Assembly: GCF_001194135.2 (NCBI RefSeq) | Contig: NC_069006.1 | Span: 23,038,070-23,102,069 of the forward strand | DNA length: 64,000 bases | From: Octopus bimaculoides | Lineage: Eukaryota | Direction: 5' to 3' | In this document: positions 28,501-42,167 of the stretch, one piece after another | Layout of the letters: each line of letters begins with the position of its first letter | Numbering within the stretch: position 1 is the stretch's first letter | Notes under the pieces: generated by a model | Told to the model about the DNA's origin: nothing | Seen by the model: the letters and a program-made list of their open reading frames with translations, nothing else | The model's database searches: none | Program-made: the position numbers and the translations under genes

Positions 28501-31355
28501 TTCAGATTTTGGTGGCTCTAGAGTCACTTGGAGAAGACGAAATGGTCCTCTTCCACCTGGACACACTACATCTAATGGAACACTCACCATTCCAAAGATT
28601 ACCAAGGACTTTGAAGGCGAATATATCTGTCAGACCAGCACCACCGAAGGCGTGTTTTCGATTAGTTTCATGATTATTGTTTCAGGTAAGACACTTCTGT
28701 GTATTCCACCTGTAATTGACCAGATCATTGATGATAACAATGATAATTTTCACACACTCTATACAACATGCATCTAATAATCTAAAACAACTCAAATTAT
28801 GCAACATATATACTATATAAGATAAAACATTACACACACCACATACAACACAGTGCACACTAATATATNNNNNNNNNNNNNNNNNNNNNNNNNNNNNNNN
28901 NNNNNNNNNNNNNNNNNNNNNNNNNNNNNNNNNNTATATATATATATATTTCATTCCATAATGGCTACCTCTGATGAGCGCAGGGCTACATAATTGGATT
29001 GTTACTTGAGACTCCGTTAAATCCCTAGCACAAAACCAATTGGTAAGATCGGCTGTAATGGATATATGATACTGTACACTTAGGATTATATATCTATAAT
29101 TGCTTGTTATATAGGCTTATGTTCTTAAGTGCATTAAACAGGCACTGACTAAAGGACTCACAGCCTATTTGTAAAGTCAAAATAATATTTATTATAAGTA
29201 ATGACTGTGATATGTATATGTTATTTGTTACTTTTGTTATTTTAGCTGCAACACGAGTGATTATATCTCCTGCCAATGTGGCAGCAAGAATTGGTGAACC
29301 AATGCGTCTGGTGTGTCAGGCAGAAGGTAGCGGCCCTACTACTCTTGAATGGCAGAAGATAAATGGTGTTATGTCTCCCAATGTGCAAGAACGTGATGGT
29401 ATCCTGCTCTTCAGAGAAGTCACTGCTGCTGATGCTGGCCAGTACCGCTGTCTTGCAAGAAGCGCTGGTGGTGTTGCTGAAGGAATAGTTCTTGTAAAGA
29501 TTGTTGGTAAGAAATCAGTGATGGTTTTTTTTTCTTTTTTATCTTTTTTTTAACTTTTTTGTTGTTGTTAGTTTTTAGCCCCATATTTTTCTTGCAACTC
29601 TGATTGATGTGCTTTTGTTTCTCATTGGCTTTTGTAAAGTTTCGATCAATTTTAGAGAGGAGCTTCCCTGACACCCCATTAAGGTTACCTGCCAAATTAA
29701 TACATCGAGTGAAGTTTTATCTGTAAAATACTTTCCATCCTTCTGTCTTTTCCAGCTCGTCCAAGTGTCATATTGCCAGATGAAGAAGTTACTGCCCAGC
29801 GAGGCCACAATGTTGTACTAAACTGTCAAGCCACTGGTAACCCACCACCAACAATCCGTTGGGAGAGAACTGATGGCCCATTGCCAGCTCAACATTACAT
29901 CAGAAATGGTGAACTTACGTAAGTAAAAAAAAAAAAGAAAAATTACATTCACATAGGGTACACCTGACTTGTGCTGTCTTTTTGCTTTTTTCTTTGTTGT
30001 TGTTCTTTAGGCCACAGGTAAAACCTGATTAAGCAGAGCTATGATTCAAAGTATTCCATTTCTATCCAACCTCTCATTTTAGAAATGTCAAGGACTACAT
30101 ACCTAGTTACCGCTCTATATTTTAAGGTAGTAGGATGTGATTTCTGAGAAATATGACTGCTATTTTTAGCTGGGCAAGTGACCCTGTAAAGGTTCCTAGG
30201 AATGTAGTATATATGTATATGTATGTGATTGTATGATTTGAATTAATCAATCTATGGTGAACATAGTTCATTTCAAAGATACCAACGCTTATGCAAAGGG
30301 GGCAACAATTATGATTTTACGTTTATCTCCTGTAGTCCACCTCTGTTTTAGCATGTCTATCTCACATACTTTTGTCTTTCTTGTTAAGTCTTTGTTTCTG
30401 TCTCCCTTCAGTATTTATGGTGTCCGTGAAGAAGACCAAGGTCGATACATGTGTATCGCTACAAATGAAGTTGATACCTCCCGTGGTTATATCTACCTCC
30501 GTGTTGCCTGTAAGTTATGACTTCATTTCTTTTTTCTTTCTTGATCTTAATGTATGATCTATTGTCTTCATAGTTAAATGGTGATGATATGATGTTATTA
30601 TTTAGTACACACACACATACACACAGAAAAAAAAAAAAAATAAAACAGACTCCAAAGAGGCTGGTGTTGGTCTGTGTCAACAAGCCTTGTATTATTTAGT
30701 AAAATCAACAAAAAGTGTGCTATGAACTTCCCATGGTGTATATCACCCAAAAACAGGAATAGTTACCCCTGACATGCTTCTACACAGTTTCTATCTCGGA
30801 AATTTCACTCATGAAGTTTTGGTTTACCTTCAGTTGAAGTAAAAGATGCTCAAGTTATTGTATAGGGGAATGAAACCTGAAGCTATGTAAAACAAACGTC
30901 TTGACTACACCGTCATACCTATGTCCATATTGAAATCCCATCAGACTATTTTTACAATACTTTGCAGTGTAAAAAAAACAGTCTTTTTTTTTTTTTTTTA
31001 CACATAATGAAGAAAATATAAATGAGAAATGTCTAGTGTCTCTACCAAGAGAACGGTGTGTATTAATAGAATTTTGTATATGAATATTGTGGTAATAAAT
31101 TGCAGTTTTTGTTAGGTAATATTTTTCTGCTTATATTTGTTTTCATTACAATATTTCTTTATTCCTTCCACAGCTGTCCGTCCACCGATAACACCTCCCA
31201 AAAATGTGCAGACTGCTGATGTTGGTGACAAAGTTGAGTTTGACTGCATCGTCTCTACAAGTAAGTTATATTTGTCTTTCCTTCAAAACTTTTAATGTAG
31301 AAATCGAAGGGAGTGACCATCACTCTAACCTTAACCATCACCATCATCATCATTT

Positions 31356-31411
<56 letters not shown>

Positions 31412-34400
31412 CTGACCCAAATCCACAAATTCAATGGTCCAAATTGGAAGGCCGTATCTCTGACAATGCCATTTATGGTAATGGAGTACTCATTCTGCCT
31501 AGAGTCAGAGTTGAAGATGCTGGTACTTACAAATGTACTTTAAGAACAACAGCTGGAGAAGTTGTTGAAACTAAGATTTCCTTATTTATCAGATGTGAGT
31601 AATAACAGTTGTTTATTTTTTTTATTTTGCTTTCCTGTTTTTCTTGGGTTTTTTTTTTTCTTGATTCATGCTTCTAGAGAATGATGACACTCAGTAATTG
31701 TGGCTATTGTACTCCTTACTTCTTATAGATACAAACTCCTTCAACATACATACAGAACATTTTGAATTTATAAATCAGTAAATATTGTACACATTAATGA
31801 CATACACAGTATGCCCAACATAATAGACATACAGTAATACGTAACACACTGCATGTATTTATATATCCCTATTTACATGTACAGACAATACCCTTTGCAT
31901 ATTACTATAATACATTTTTACATATAAATATCATCCATTTTGTATACATGTAGCTTGATCAGAATTTCATCTACTATTGAAATTGCAGATTTCAGTATTT
32001 CTGTTCTGTTGTTAACTATAGTTTATTTTGAAATTGTTCAGCTCAACCTGTTATTGATGTTGATACAAGCCGTAATTCTGCCCCTCTGGGAACTCCCACT
32101 ACCCTGGGATGCAATGCTGAAGGAAATCCACAACCATATATTACTTGGACCAAAGAGAATGGAGAGTTGCCAAGGTAAGAGATTTAATGTAGCAATTCCC
32201 TTCGTTAATTAATTAGTTTCTTGTATGCCAAATCAGTTGAAGAATTAAAGGAAAAGTTTCAAATTTGGAATCAGAACCTAAAATTAAAATGTCTACGATT
32301 AAACATAGCAAAAAGTCTTAGCTAGTAGAGAGAAGGCAAAAGAAGCACTGCTGCCAACTGGGAAGTGGTGATGTTGAGTTTAGAGAAAATGTATGAGTAG
32401 ACCTATATTATGTATAATGTAAACTATGTGTACAGAAGTCATGCAGCAGGTTCACAGGCAGGATGGGGCAGAAAAGAAAGATTTTTGATATAGAAGATGC
32501 ACAGTAATAATTAGCAGTAAAAGCACCAATGAAATAAATTCCTTCAAATGCATGATTGTTCACAAAATACATCATAAAGTCTGGTTTTGTTTTTTTAATG
32601 TAGGAAAAAGAACTTTTGCTCTAAAGTTTGGAACATGTGTCACTCTATGACATACAAACTTATTTCAGTTATCCAAATTTATTTATATATTTAAATACTG
32701 TGTTTATTTTCATGAATATATATTGTGCTATTTAAGTGTAATTCTTGTAGCAGAAGACTGAACCTACAACCTGTGAACCCATAGTAATTCAATCCCTTAT
32801 TCACTATTCACTTCGCCATGATATCTCCATTGATATTATTATTTCTTTACCTGTTGTGTCTTTCTGTAACAGTGATCATAGCATTGTCGACGGAAACCTC
32901 TACATCCCTAAAGTAGAAAAAGACGATGCTGGAACATACTATTGCTCAGCCACAAATAGGTATGAAACTGCACGGCACCCTGTGACTCTTTCAGTTTCTG
33001 GTAAGATCAAACAGAATTTTTTTTTCCTTTCATCATTATCATCATCATCATCATCATCGTCATCAGCACCAACAACAATATTTTAATGTCTGTTTTCCAT
33101 GCTGGCATGGGTTGGACAGATTGGCTATATTCCCTCTACTACTAACGTTTGTAGCCTTGTGCCAATAATATTGGGAATCTTATTACTTAAATATGTGCCA
33201 GATACCATTTTGTAGCAACAATTTCATATCCTGCTTGAGATTTTTTTTTATTTTCTTAATACTTTTCACTGTGGTGTAGACATTCATAACCTTTTCTGCT
33301 CATTCCCACATCCCATCTAGGAAATTATTATTATTACTGCTCTACTGTCTGGCAACCTCCAAACTCCAGTTTAAAAAGCATATGGATCAAACAATGCTAC
33401 ACAAATCCCATAATTAATAGGATATGCAGTGCAAGGACCATTAAACACTGCCCTTTCCTTCAGACTTAATAGTTTCAGTAAAACATTAAAGCAAAACCTA
33501 TCATTAAGCCCAATGCATTGTCAATAGTAGAAGAAAACTCCATTTGGTAAGTTGTTTGTCATTGACAAGACCAAGAAAGGTTGAAATCACATGATCTGAT
33601 AGTCTCTGCACTGGAGTTTGTGGGGATTTATCTCCCCACTAGCGATATAAACAAGTGCATTTTGCACCAGAAAGCCAATATGAGAGTTTCTCACATAACT
33701 GGCACAGTATAGTTTGTTCTGATAGAACATCCATGTTTAAGTGGGGATAAATATTACCTCTCAAAAGTTTTATATATTTGTATATGAGAAAATTTAACAT
33801 TTTTGTCTGTTTCTTTTTTTCCAGACCTTGTTCCTTATTTCCCCCAAGAACCACAATCCTATATTGAATATCCTCCATTGAGAACTGCCTATCTGGACTT
33901 TGACATCATTATTTCTTTCCGTCCAAGAGTTACAGACGGTAAGTTTTGGTGTTACTGTTGTTTCTACTGGAGGGGGGGGGGTTATTATCCATTGCATTAA
34001 ACTAGGCAGAATGTACTACAAATATTTAGGTATGTAAAATAGGACATTGTACTAGTTACACCTTAACCAATGGCATTAACTGCACATGGGAAAAATTGTG
34101 ATTCATTGAAGAATCAGTACTTGGTTGTATTTTAAATTTAAGTAAAGCACTTTCTAGTACATGGTGTTCACCACATTAAAAAGGAATAATGATAGATTGA
34201 CAGTGTTACTGTTATTCTTATTGGTGTTGTTGTAATGGTGAAATTGATTCATTTTTATTATTTTGCACATTTCGGCAGGATTGATCATGTATGAAGGACA
34301 AGCCACTGAAAATGGAGACTTCATGTGCCTAGGTCTGCGTGGACGCTATCCAGAATTCCGTTTCAATGTTGGTTCTGGCCCAGCCATCATACGAGGAAAC

Positions 34401-35956
34401 CAGAGTCTTGAACTTAACAAATGGCACACTGTACGTCTGAAGAGAGACCGTAAGGAAGGTAAGCAGTAAACTCTTAATAGAATCTAATATTTCCAATTTG
34501 CTATTCAGAATTCCAAATATGTAGTCATGCATGATTGATTAGGCAATATTTGTTGCATGAATGAAACTATATATTTCCAGTAAACCAGCTAAATTGGTTC
34601 TGATTAACACAGGTCATATGGTGAAATGAGTGAACCAAATTACTGTCTACTATATATTTGATCACTATAAACAAATCATCTGTACAGTTTGTTCAGAAAG
34701 AAATTGCAGAACTCTCGTCCATCATCCATGACAAGAGAGTCCATGATATATTTCTTCTACAATATATTCTGATTTTCTTTATATTTTTCTCCATTAGGTA
34801 AACTTATTATTGATGGCCAACCTTTTGTTGGCACTGCACCAGGACCATTCCAGGGACTTGACCTCAACCAACCTTTGTACCTTGGAGGTTTACCTGACTT
34901 CAATGCCATTCCTCAGTCCGTTGGTTTTGACAGAGGATTTGTTGGTAAGTTCATTATATTATCATTATACCTTTTTGTTTTTTGTTTTTTTCCTGTATTC
35001 TAAAATAACTGAAGTGTGATGAAAATGGGAAGGGTTGGGGAAAAAAAAACTTTGTGGTATTTAGTTAATCCTGAAATGAATCTGCAAGAGTCGGCTTTTC
35101 AATTTGTCCTTTCTGGGTTGATAAAATTCAGTGACAGTCAAATACTATTATTGATGCAATTGACTGTTCCTCTCCCTCCCTCCTTTGAAAAAAAGTGACT
35201 ATAATGCTATAATGGTGATGATAATGACAGTGATGAGTGGAAGATATTGATGAAAATGATGAAGCAGAAGATGAAATGCTAATAATGGCCGTAATGTTGA
35301 GGAGGAAGAGGAGGACGATGGTGGCAACAACGATGATGATTGGCTGAAAAAGAGGAAGATGGTGAGAAAGTAACAGTGATGAAGACGTGATGATGGCAAA
35401 ATTTCCAAGATTTTAATTTGTTTTTTTTTGTCTTTTTTATCCCATAGGTGGAGTGAGTCAAGTGGTAATTGGAGGCCAGGAATTGAACCTTGGAGGTGAT
35501 GCAACTCAAGTGGTTGGCATCAGACAAGCAGATGTGTGCTCTGCGTCACCTTGTTTCAATGGTGGAACATGTGTTCCAAAGAATTCTGAATATGGTTTTG
35601 CTTGCTTCTGTCCACAGGGCTTTGCAGGTTACCAATGTGACACTGTTGGAGAACGTTGTTTCCCAGGTAAATTACATCAATTATTTCATTTCTTTTTTCT
35701 AGGTGCAATCCCATGGTCATTCGTGACTGAAAGGATTTTTACTTTACATGCTCTGAGTTCAGATTTCTCCATATTTGCACATCACCTTTGTAGAAACAAT
35801 ACAATTAATACTGGCAGTTTGGCAGTATACTTTAGTGAAACATTTTACCATCTGTGCTAAGTTACAATAGTAAAATTTGTATTTTAGTAAGGGACCAATA
35901 TTTTTTTCTTCAAACAGTAAAACGTGTGTGAGAGAGAGAGAGAGAGAGAGTGTGTG

Positions 35957-36000
<44 letters not shown>

Positions 36001-36636
36001 NNNNNNNNNNNNNNNNNNNNNNNNNNNNNNNNNNNNNNNNNNNNNNNNNNNNNNNNNNNNNNNNNNNNNNNNNNNNNNNNNNNNNNNNNNNNNNNNNNNN
36101 NNNNNNNNNNNNNNNNNNNNNNNNNNNNNNNNNNNNNNNNNNNNNNNNNNNNNNNNNNNNNNNNNNNNNNNNNNNNNNNNNNNNNNNNNNNNNNNNNNNN
36201 NNNNNNNNNNNNNNNNNNNNNNNNNNNNNNNNNNNNNNNNNNNNNNNNNNNNNNNNNNNNNNNNNNNNNNNNNNNNNNNNNNNNNNNNNNNNNNNNNNNN
36301 NNNNNNNNNNNNNNNNNNNNNNNNNNNNNNNNNNNNNNNNNNNNNNNNNNNNNNNNNNNNNNNNNNNNNNNNNNNNNNNNNNNNNNNNNNNNNNNNNNNN
36401 NNNNNNNNNNNNNNNNNNNNNNNNNNNNNNNNNNNNNNNNNNNNNNNNNNNNNNNNNNNNNNNNNNNNNNNNNNNNNNNNNNNNNNNNNNNNNNNNNNNN
36501 NNNNNNNNNNNNNNNNNNNNNNNNNNNNNNNNNNNNNNNNNNNNNNNNNNNNNNNNNNNNNNNNNNNNNNNNNNNNNNNNNNNNNNNNNNNNNNNNNNNN
36601 NNNNNNNNNNNNNNNNNNNNNNNNNNNNNNNNNNNN

Positions 36637-36675
<39 letters not shown>

Positions 36676-37511
36676 ATTTAATATATTATGTAGATTGTAA
36701 ATATATATATATGTAAACCTTTTTTCATGTTTGCTTTAATTCTGGCCTTATTACAAGCTTTCTTATTACCTCTTGAACTATATTTTTTTCTCTTCTCTAG
36801 TCTTACTTTGTCTTATGCCAGAGCTTTAAATCACCCCAGCTTGTTTTCAATTATCTCCCTTTGATTCTATACCTCTTTTAAATCTTCAACTAGTGCTTTG
36901 TCTTGGTTTGATCTCATGACTGCTTATTAATTTTCAGGGCAATCTTTGCCTTCGTTTGATTAACTTTTCTCTATCATTTTTCATCTTGTTCATCCAATCC
37001 ATCTGTTCAGCAATTATTAAGTGATATTTCTTTAAATCAACACGTTTCCCATCTCAAGTCATTACAAATTTCATCTTTTGTCACTGTTCGTTCATCTGTC
37101 CTCAGAATCAATATTACTTGCCTTTCAGTGTGCACAAACATCTCTGTATTTTGTATCTTAGATGAAATAAAGATAAATGAATAAATGCCACTGTTTACAG
37201 TTTGTGTATATGATGAGATATATATAGCCTTGATCAATAGAACTATTTGGAAAACTTTTCATTCATTTCACCATCACCTCATTCATCATTATCGTCATAT
37301 ACCAATTGCCACTTCTTTAACCTTTATAACACTGCCTTCTATTACAGTGATATTTTAGCTATAAGCTGCATGAAGTTAGCTTCCACCAGCCTTTTCTGTC
37401 CTTTTTTGGCCTTATTATAAAATATATATTTTTTAATATGTATAGAGATATATGTGTATATATATGCATATGGTGTGTGTGTGTGTGTGTGTGTGTCTGT
37501 GTGCATGTGCA

Positions 37512-37557
<46 letters not shown>

Positions 37558-40116
37558 NNNNNNNNNNNNNNNNNNNNNNNNNNNNNNNNNNNNNNNNNNN
37601 NNNNNNNNNNNNNNNNNNNNNNNNNNNNNNNNNNNNNNNNNNNNNNNNNNNNNNNNNNNNNNNNNNNNNNNNNNNNNNNNNNNNNNNNNNNNNNNNNNNN
37701 NNNNNNNNNNNNNNNAACAATATGCAACTTGTTCCGCTGTCAGTCTCTTATCTTGCTTCATCCAAAACTGCGTGAGATGATATAACCTTCACTTGCAGTC
37801 ACTAACACTTGCACTGAGTAACTCTATACAATACCTTCTATTACAGCTCTCCCTCTCTCCCTCTCTCTCTTCTCTCTCTCCCTCTCTCTCTCTCTTTCTC
37901 TCTCTCCCCCTCTCTCTCTCTCGCTCTCTCTTCTCTCTCTCATTTTCACACTTTCCTGCTGCGTTTCACCTCCAATGGTTGTTTTCCAGTTTTGCTAACT
38001 TTTTTTTTTTTCCTTTCTCGTGTTTGATTTGTTCCTTACCTTCCATCATTTCTTGAAGGAAGGATAACCAATTCATTGCACATAAATTTTAACAACAAAA
38101 TCTTCTATGGACACCAAAGGACAATGTGGACCCTGGCTGAGCACCACTGATTTACTTAATGCAAGCAACACTTTCAAAAAAGACTAATTTGGATGGTCAC
38201 AGTTGGAATGCCTTTGATCTACTGGTCATATTAATTGACCTGAAACTAAACAACAATGGCTTGACTTAGATATAAAGTAGATTCTATTAAGGTTCATTCA
38301 ACTAATTATATTTCTTCCTACACAGAAATTAACTTTATTCATAATCAAAGGATATTAATTAGTAACATACTCAGTTTATACTTGTATATGGTAAGTGTAT
38401 ATACTTGCAACCCCTCAAGGAAATTCATGTCTTTAATCCTTTTAATTTCTTTATACAAATACAAACTATCAATTCTCAATAAAATTATTAAATACATTTT
38501 CTATTCTTCATTTCACCTCCACCCTTTCAACATTTTTCATTTATTTTTTCTTGACCCCTGCTTTTGTCACCTGAATATACATCAACCTCAGGAGTAACAG
38601 TGAAAGACCCATTCTTCAACAAGACCTCCTACATTTCCTACCCAGCTATCAATGACGGCCACAAGGTTTTAACTATTGACATCCAAATTAAACCCCACAC
38701 TCTGGATGATGGTATCATTCTCTATGAAGGTCAGCAACAGAATGGAAATGGAGATTTTGTTGCCTTGCTTCTTAAAGATCATGGCTATCTGGAATTCCGA
38801 TTTGATGTTGGATCGGGTCAGTATTGGTTCCATTAAATTCCTTTGTTTGATTTCAGTGGTTTTTGTTGTTGTTGTTGTTTTTTTCTTTTTTTGTCTGTTT
38901 AAATTTGTGTGGTAAAAAGAAAATTTGTTTCTTACAAAATTTTAAAGAACTTTTTGTAAATCTTTCATTGATATGAAAATAAAATAAAATAAAATAAGAG
39001 TAGTTTTAAAGAAGCTTGAAACAATCTATTCTGTTGGTAACAAAGAGTTTCTTTGTTCCTGAAAAAAAAAACAGACAAAGATACATATGTGTGATACTTA
39101 TGAAAGTCATGAGTATTGAATGTGAAAAATCTGTACAAGTATCTTCTATAATCACTGGCTAACTAAAGCCTTGTGAATGGATTTGGTAGATGGAAACTGA
39201 AAGAAGCCTGTCATATATAGATATATATGTGTATGTGTGTCTTTGTGTCTGTGTTTGTCCCCTGCCACCATGTGACAACCAGTGTTGGTGTATTTGTGTC
39301 CCCATAACTTACCAGTTCAGCAAAGACACCGATAGAATAAGTACCAGACTTAAAATAAGTAAGTCCTAGGGTCAATTCATTTGACTAAAAATTCTTCAAG
39401 GCAGTGCCCCAGCATGGCTGCAGATAAATGAGTGAACCATGTAAAATATAAAAGACAACTGCTTAGTTGTCCTTCTGTGCCACATCAATAAATTTCTATT
39501 TTCTTTTCGTCTCTCACCAGGCCCTGCTATCATCAGAAGTGCCGAGCCTATCAAGGCCAATGAATGGGTTAATGTTAAACTTCATCGCAAGGACAATGTT
39601 GGTATGTTGCAAGTAGGTGATAGCGCACCAGTGGAAGGTAAATGCTGTTTTTTATACTTTCTATACACCATACATTAATGTATATGTATGTGTATATATA
39701 TATATATATATATATGCCTTGGTGTATATGTGTGCATCTGTATATATACATGAGTGTGTGTGTGTATGTGTGTGCGTGTAATTCAGTCTAAATGCATAAA
39801 ACATTTCAAACACTTTTGCTACCTGTTTTGAATATGAACTTTAAAACATCCGTCCTTCATAATCCTGCACACATGCATATCTCTCAGTTCTGTTATGACT
39901 AGCTTTCACTACTGCCATCACCTTCTTCCTCAATCCCCACCACTCTGAACTAAATCAAGGGATTCTTGTGACAGGAAAACTAAAATTGCTGTGGGTTCTC
40001 ATACCTTTCCAACACTGACAGCATACAATGATTTTGGAATTAATTGTCACATGTGCATGCATGCATACATACTTGTGTATATATGTAAATACATGCATAC
40101 TTGTGTATATATGTAA

Positions 40117-40152
<36 letters not shown>

Positions 40153-40340
40153 GGGAGAATATACAAATAATAACATCAGACGAGGACAGGTGGTGTAAAT
40201 AACAAAAGGATATATTAGTATGACGCTCGGGAATACGGAAAGTCTTTGACGTTTCGAGCTACGCTCTTCAACAGAAAGAATACGGAGACAAGGAGAAAAT
40301 CACGGAGAAAAAAAATTGAATAGTGTTAAGTCAACGGTCA

Positions 40341-40376
<36 letters not shown>

Positions 40377-40929
40377 TATATAAAGGGCATTATAATTAAT
40401 TATATATAATTAAATATATCTATGAAGAAACAATGAATTTTTTCATTACGAAATTTTTCGTTATTTTTTCATTATGAGGTTTTTTCACGCTGACTACTTG
40501 ATAAATTCTTATAAAGAATTTATCCTATATTATATTATATATATATATATATATACATATCAGGACAATTACCCCCCATAGGACAATTACCCTCCTTGGT
40601 TAATTACCCCCTCTCCAATATATTAAGAAGTTTTTAATCATTCATCTGGTCCATCTAACAAGCTTCCTTCTACACACACAGTTTTGCTGTCCATCAAATT
40701 TCACCCACTTAATCTACAATTAACCTTACCTTCTATGTTGGTACTATATTTTATGCAACAATCATTACAGAATTGAGAGAATATGTCTCCAGCGCAAGAC
40801 ACGGATATGTTAAAGATCTTAATAATGGCAAAAAACAGATCTCTGTGAAACTTTCAAAACTTCCAAGAATGACTTCCATCTATCTAGTTAACTTATTTTT
40901 TCTTGTTTTATTCTATAAACATACATACA

Positions 40930-40965
<36 letters not shown>

Positions 40966-42136
40966 TATATATATTAACCTGACCATCTGTTTGCATTAGA
41001 ATAATATTGGATTTCCTGTCAGGGTAACTGAATTGTTAGTCTTTTGTGTTTCACTAATAACTAATCTGTAGAGTTGTTAGAAAACTAAAGAAATTCGAAT
41101 GAAGAATGATATCAAAACTATAAATTTTGTATGTTTAAATAATTTTCTTTTCTTATGTAACCTATAATTCTTTTGATAATCAGTGAAATATAAATTGTTG
41201 GAAATGAGAAAAGAGAAGAAAAATACCATTTTTCTCTTTAAAAAAAATAAAAAAGTTGTTTTATACACTCTATTAATCAATTTTCTATTTTTCTACTCAT
41301 TATCAATTTATAGCTGAAATAGCTGTGAAAAATTATCAAAGTGGACCTTAAATGTGAAGCTGTGCACATGATATTCTCTCATTCCATTTACTTGATATTC
41401 TTTCATTCCATTAATATGATATTCTCTCACTCCATTAACTTGATATTCTCTCATACCATTAACTTACTGTTCTATTGTATTCATTTCTTGCTCTCTCCTG
41501 TCACTTAAAAAACTTCTTTACTCTTAGTAATTTGTAACTCTTACTTGGCATAAATATAACAAATTCTTTAACTTATTATTGCTACCTTTGTCAAGGATCA
41601 TGGATTGGCAGAATCAACAGAGCATTAGAGAGAATGCCTGGTGATATTTCATTGTTTTGCTACGCTGTGTTTTGAGCTAAAATCCCATGGAGCAATGGAG
41701 GAGGATGGAGACAGTTTTATCTTTCTTCCTGTTCTCTGGGGTCAGTTTTTACCCTTCATTCTTCCAGTGTCAGGAGGATGAAAGTAGCAGTCAAATACCC
41801 AAAGTTAATTTAATCAACTTTACACTTTGTACCTATCAAGAAATCATTATCAGCACTGTCTCTGAGGTTTTGAATTTGTGCCATGTTCTTGGCACTAATC
41901 TCTGCCTATTCCCTTTAGATTCCTTTTCATTACTCTCAGCGCACACTTAAAGTCTCTTTACTGTTCTACCAGGTCAAATCAAAGAGCTTAGTTCTTTTAC
42001 AGATGAAGACCAATATATTCATTCCTCTATAAAAAAAATTAAAAAAATTTGCTTTGTTCTGCTTAGTCAAAAAACAAAAAGAATTAAAATTATTATTTTC
42101 AATATTACTTCTTTCTGATGAATTCAAGTTCTTGGA

Positions 42137-42167
<31 letters not shown>

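Noticed and set aside
35703-35860. Acceptor-like TTTTTCTAG|GTGCA right after w50 and read-through ORF 35453-35860
   Set aside because: The intron would be only 36 nt and the peptide (GAIPWSFVT...) has no EGF cysteine pattern; there is no evidence for intron retention.
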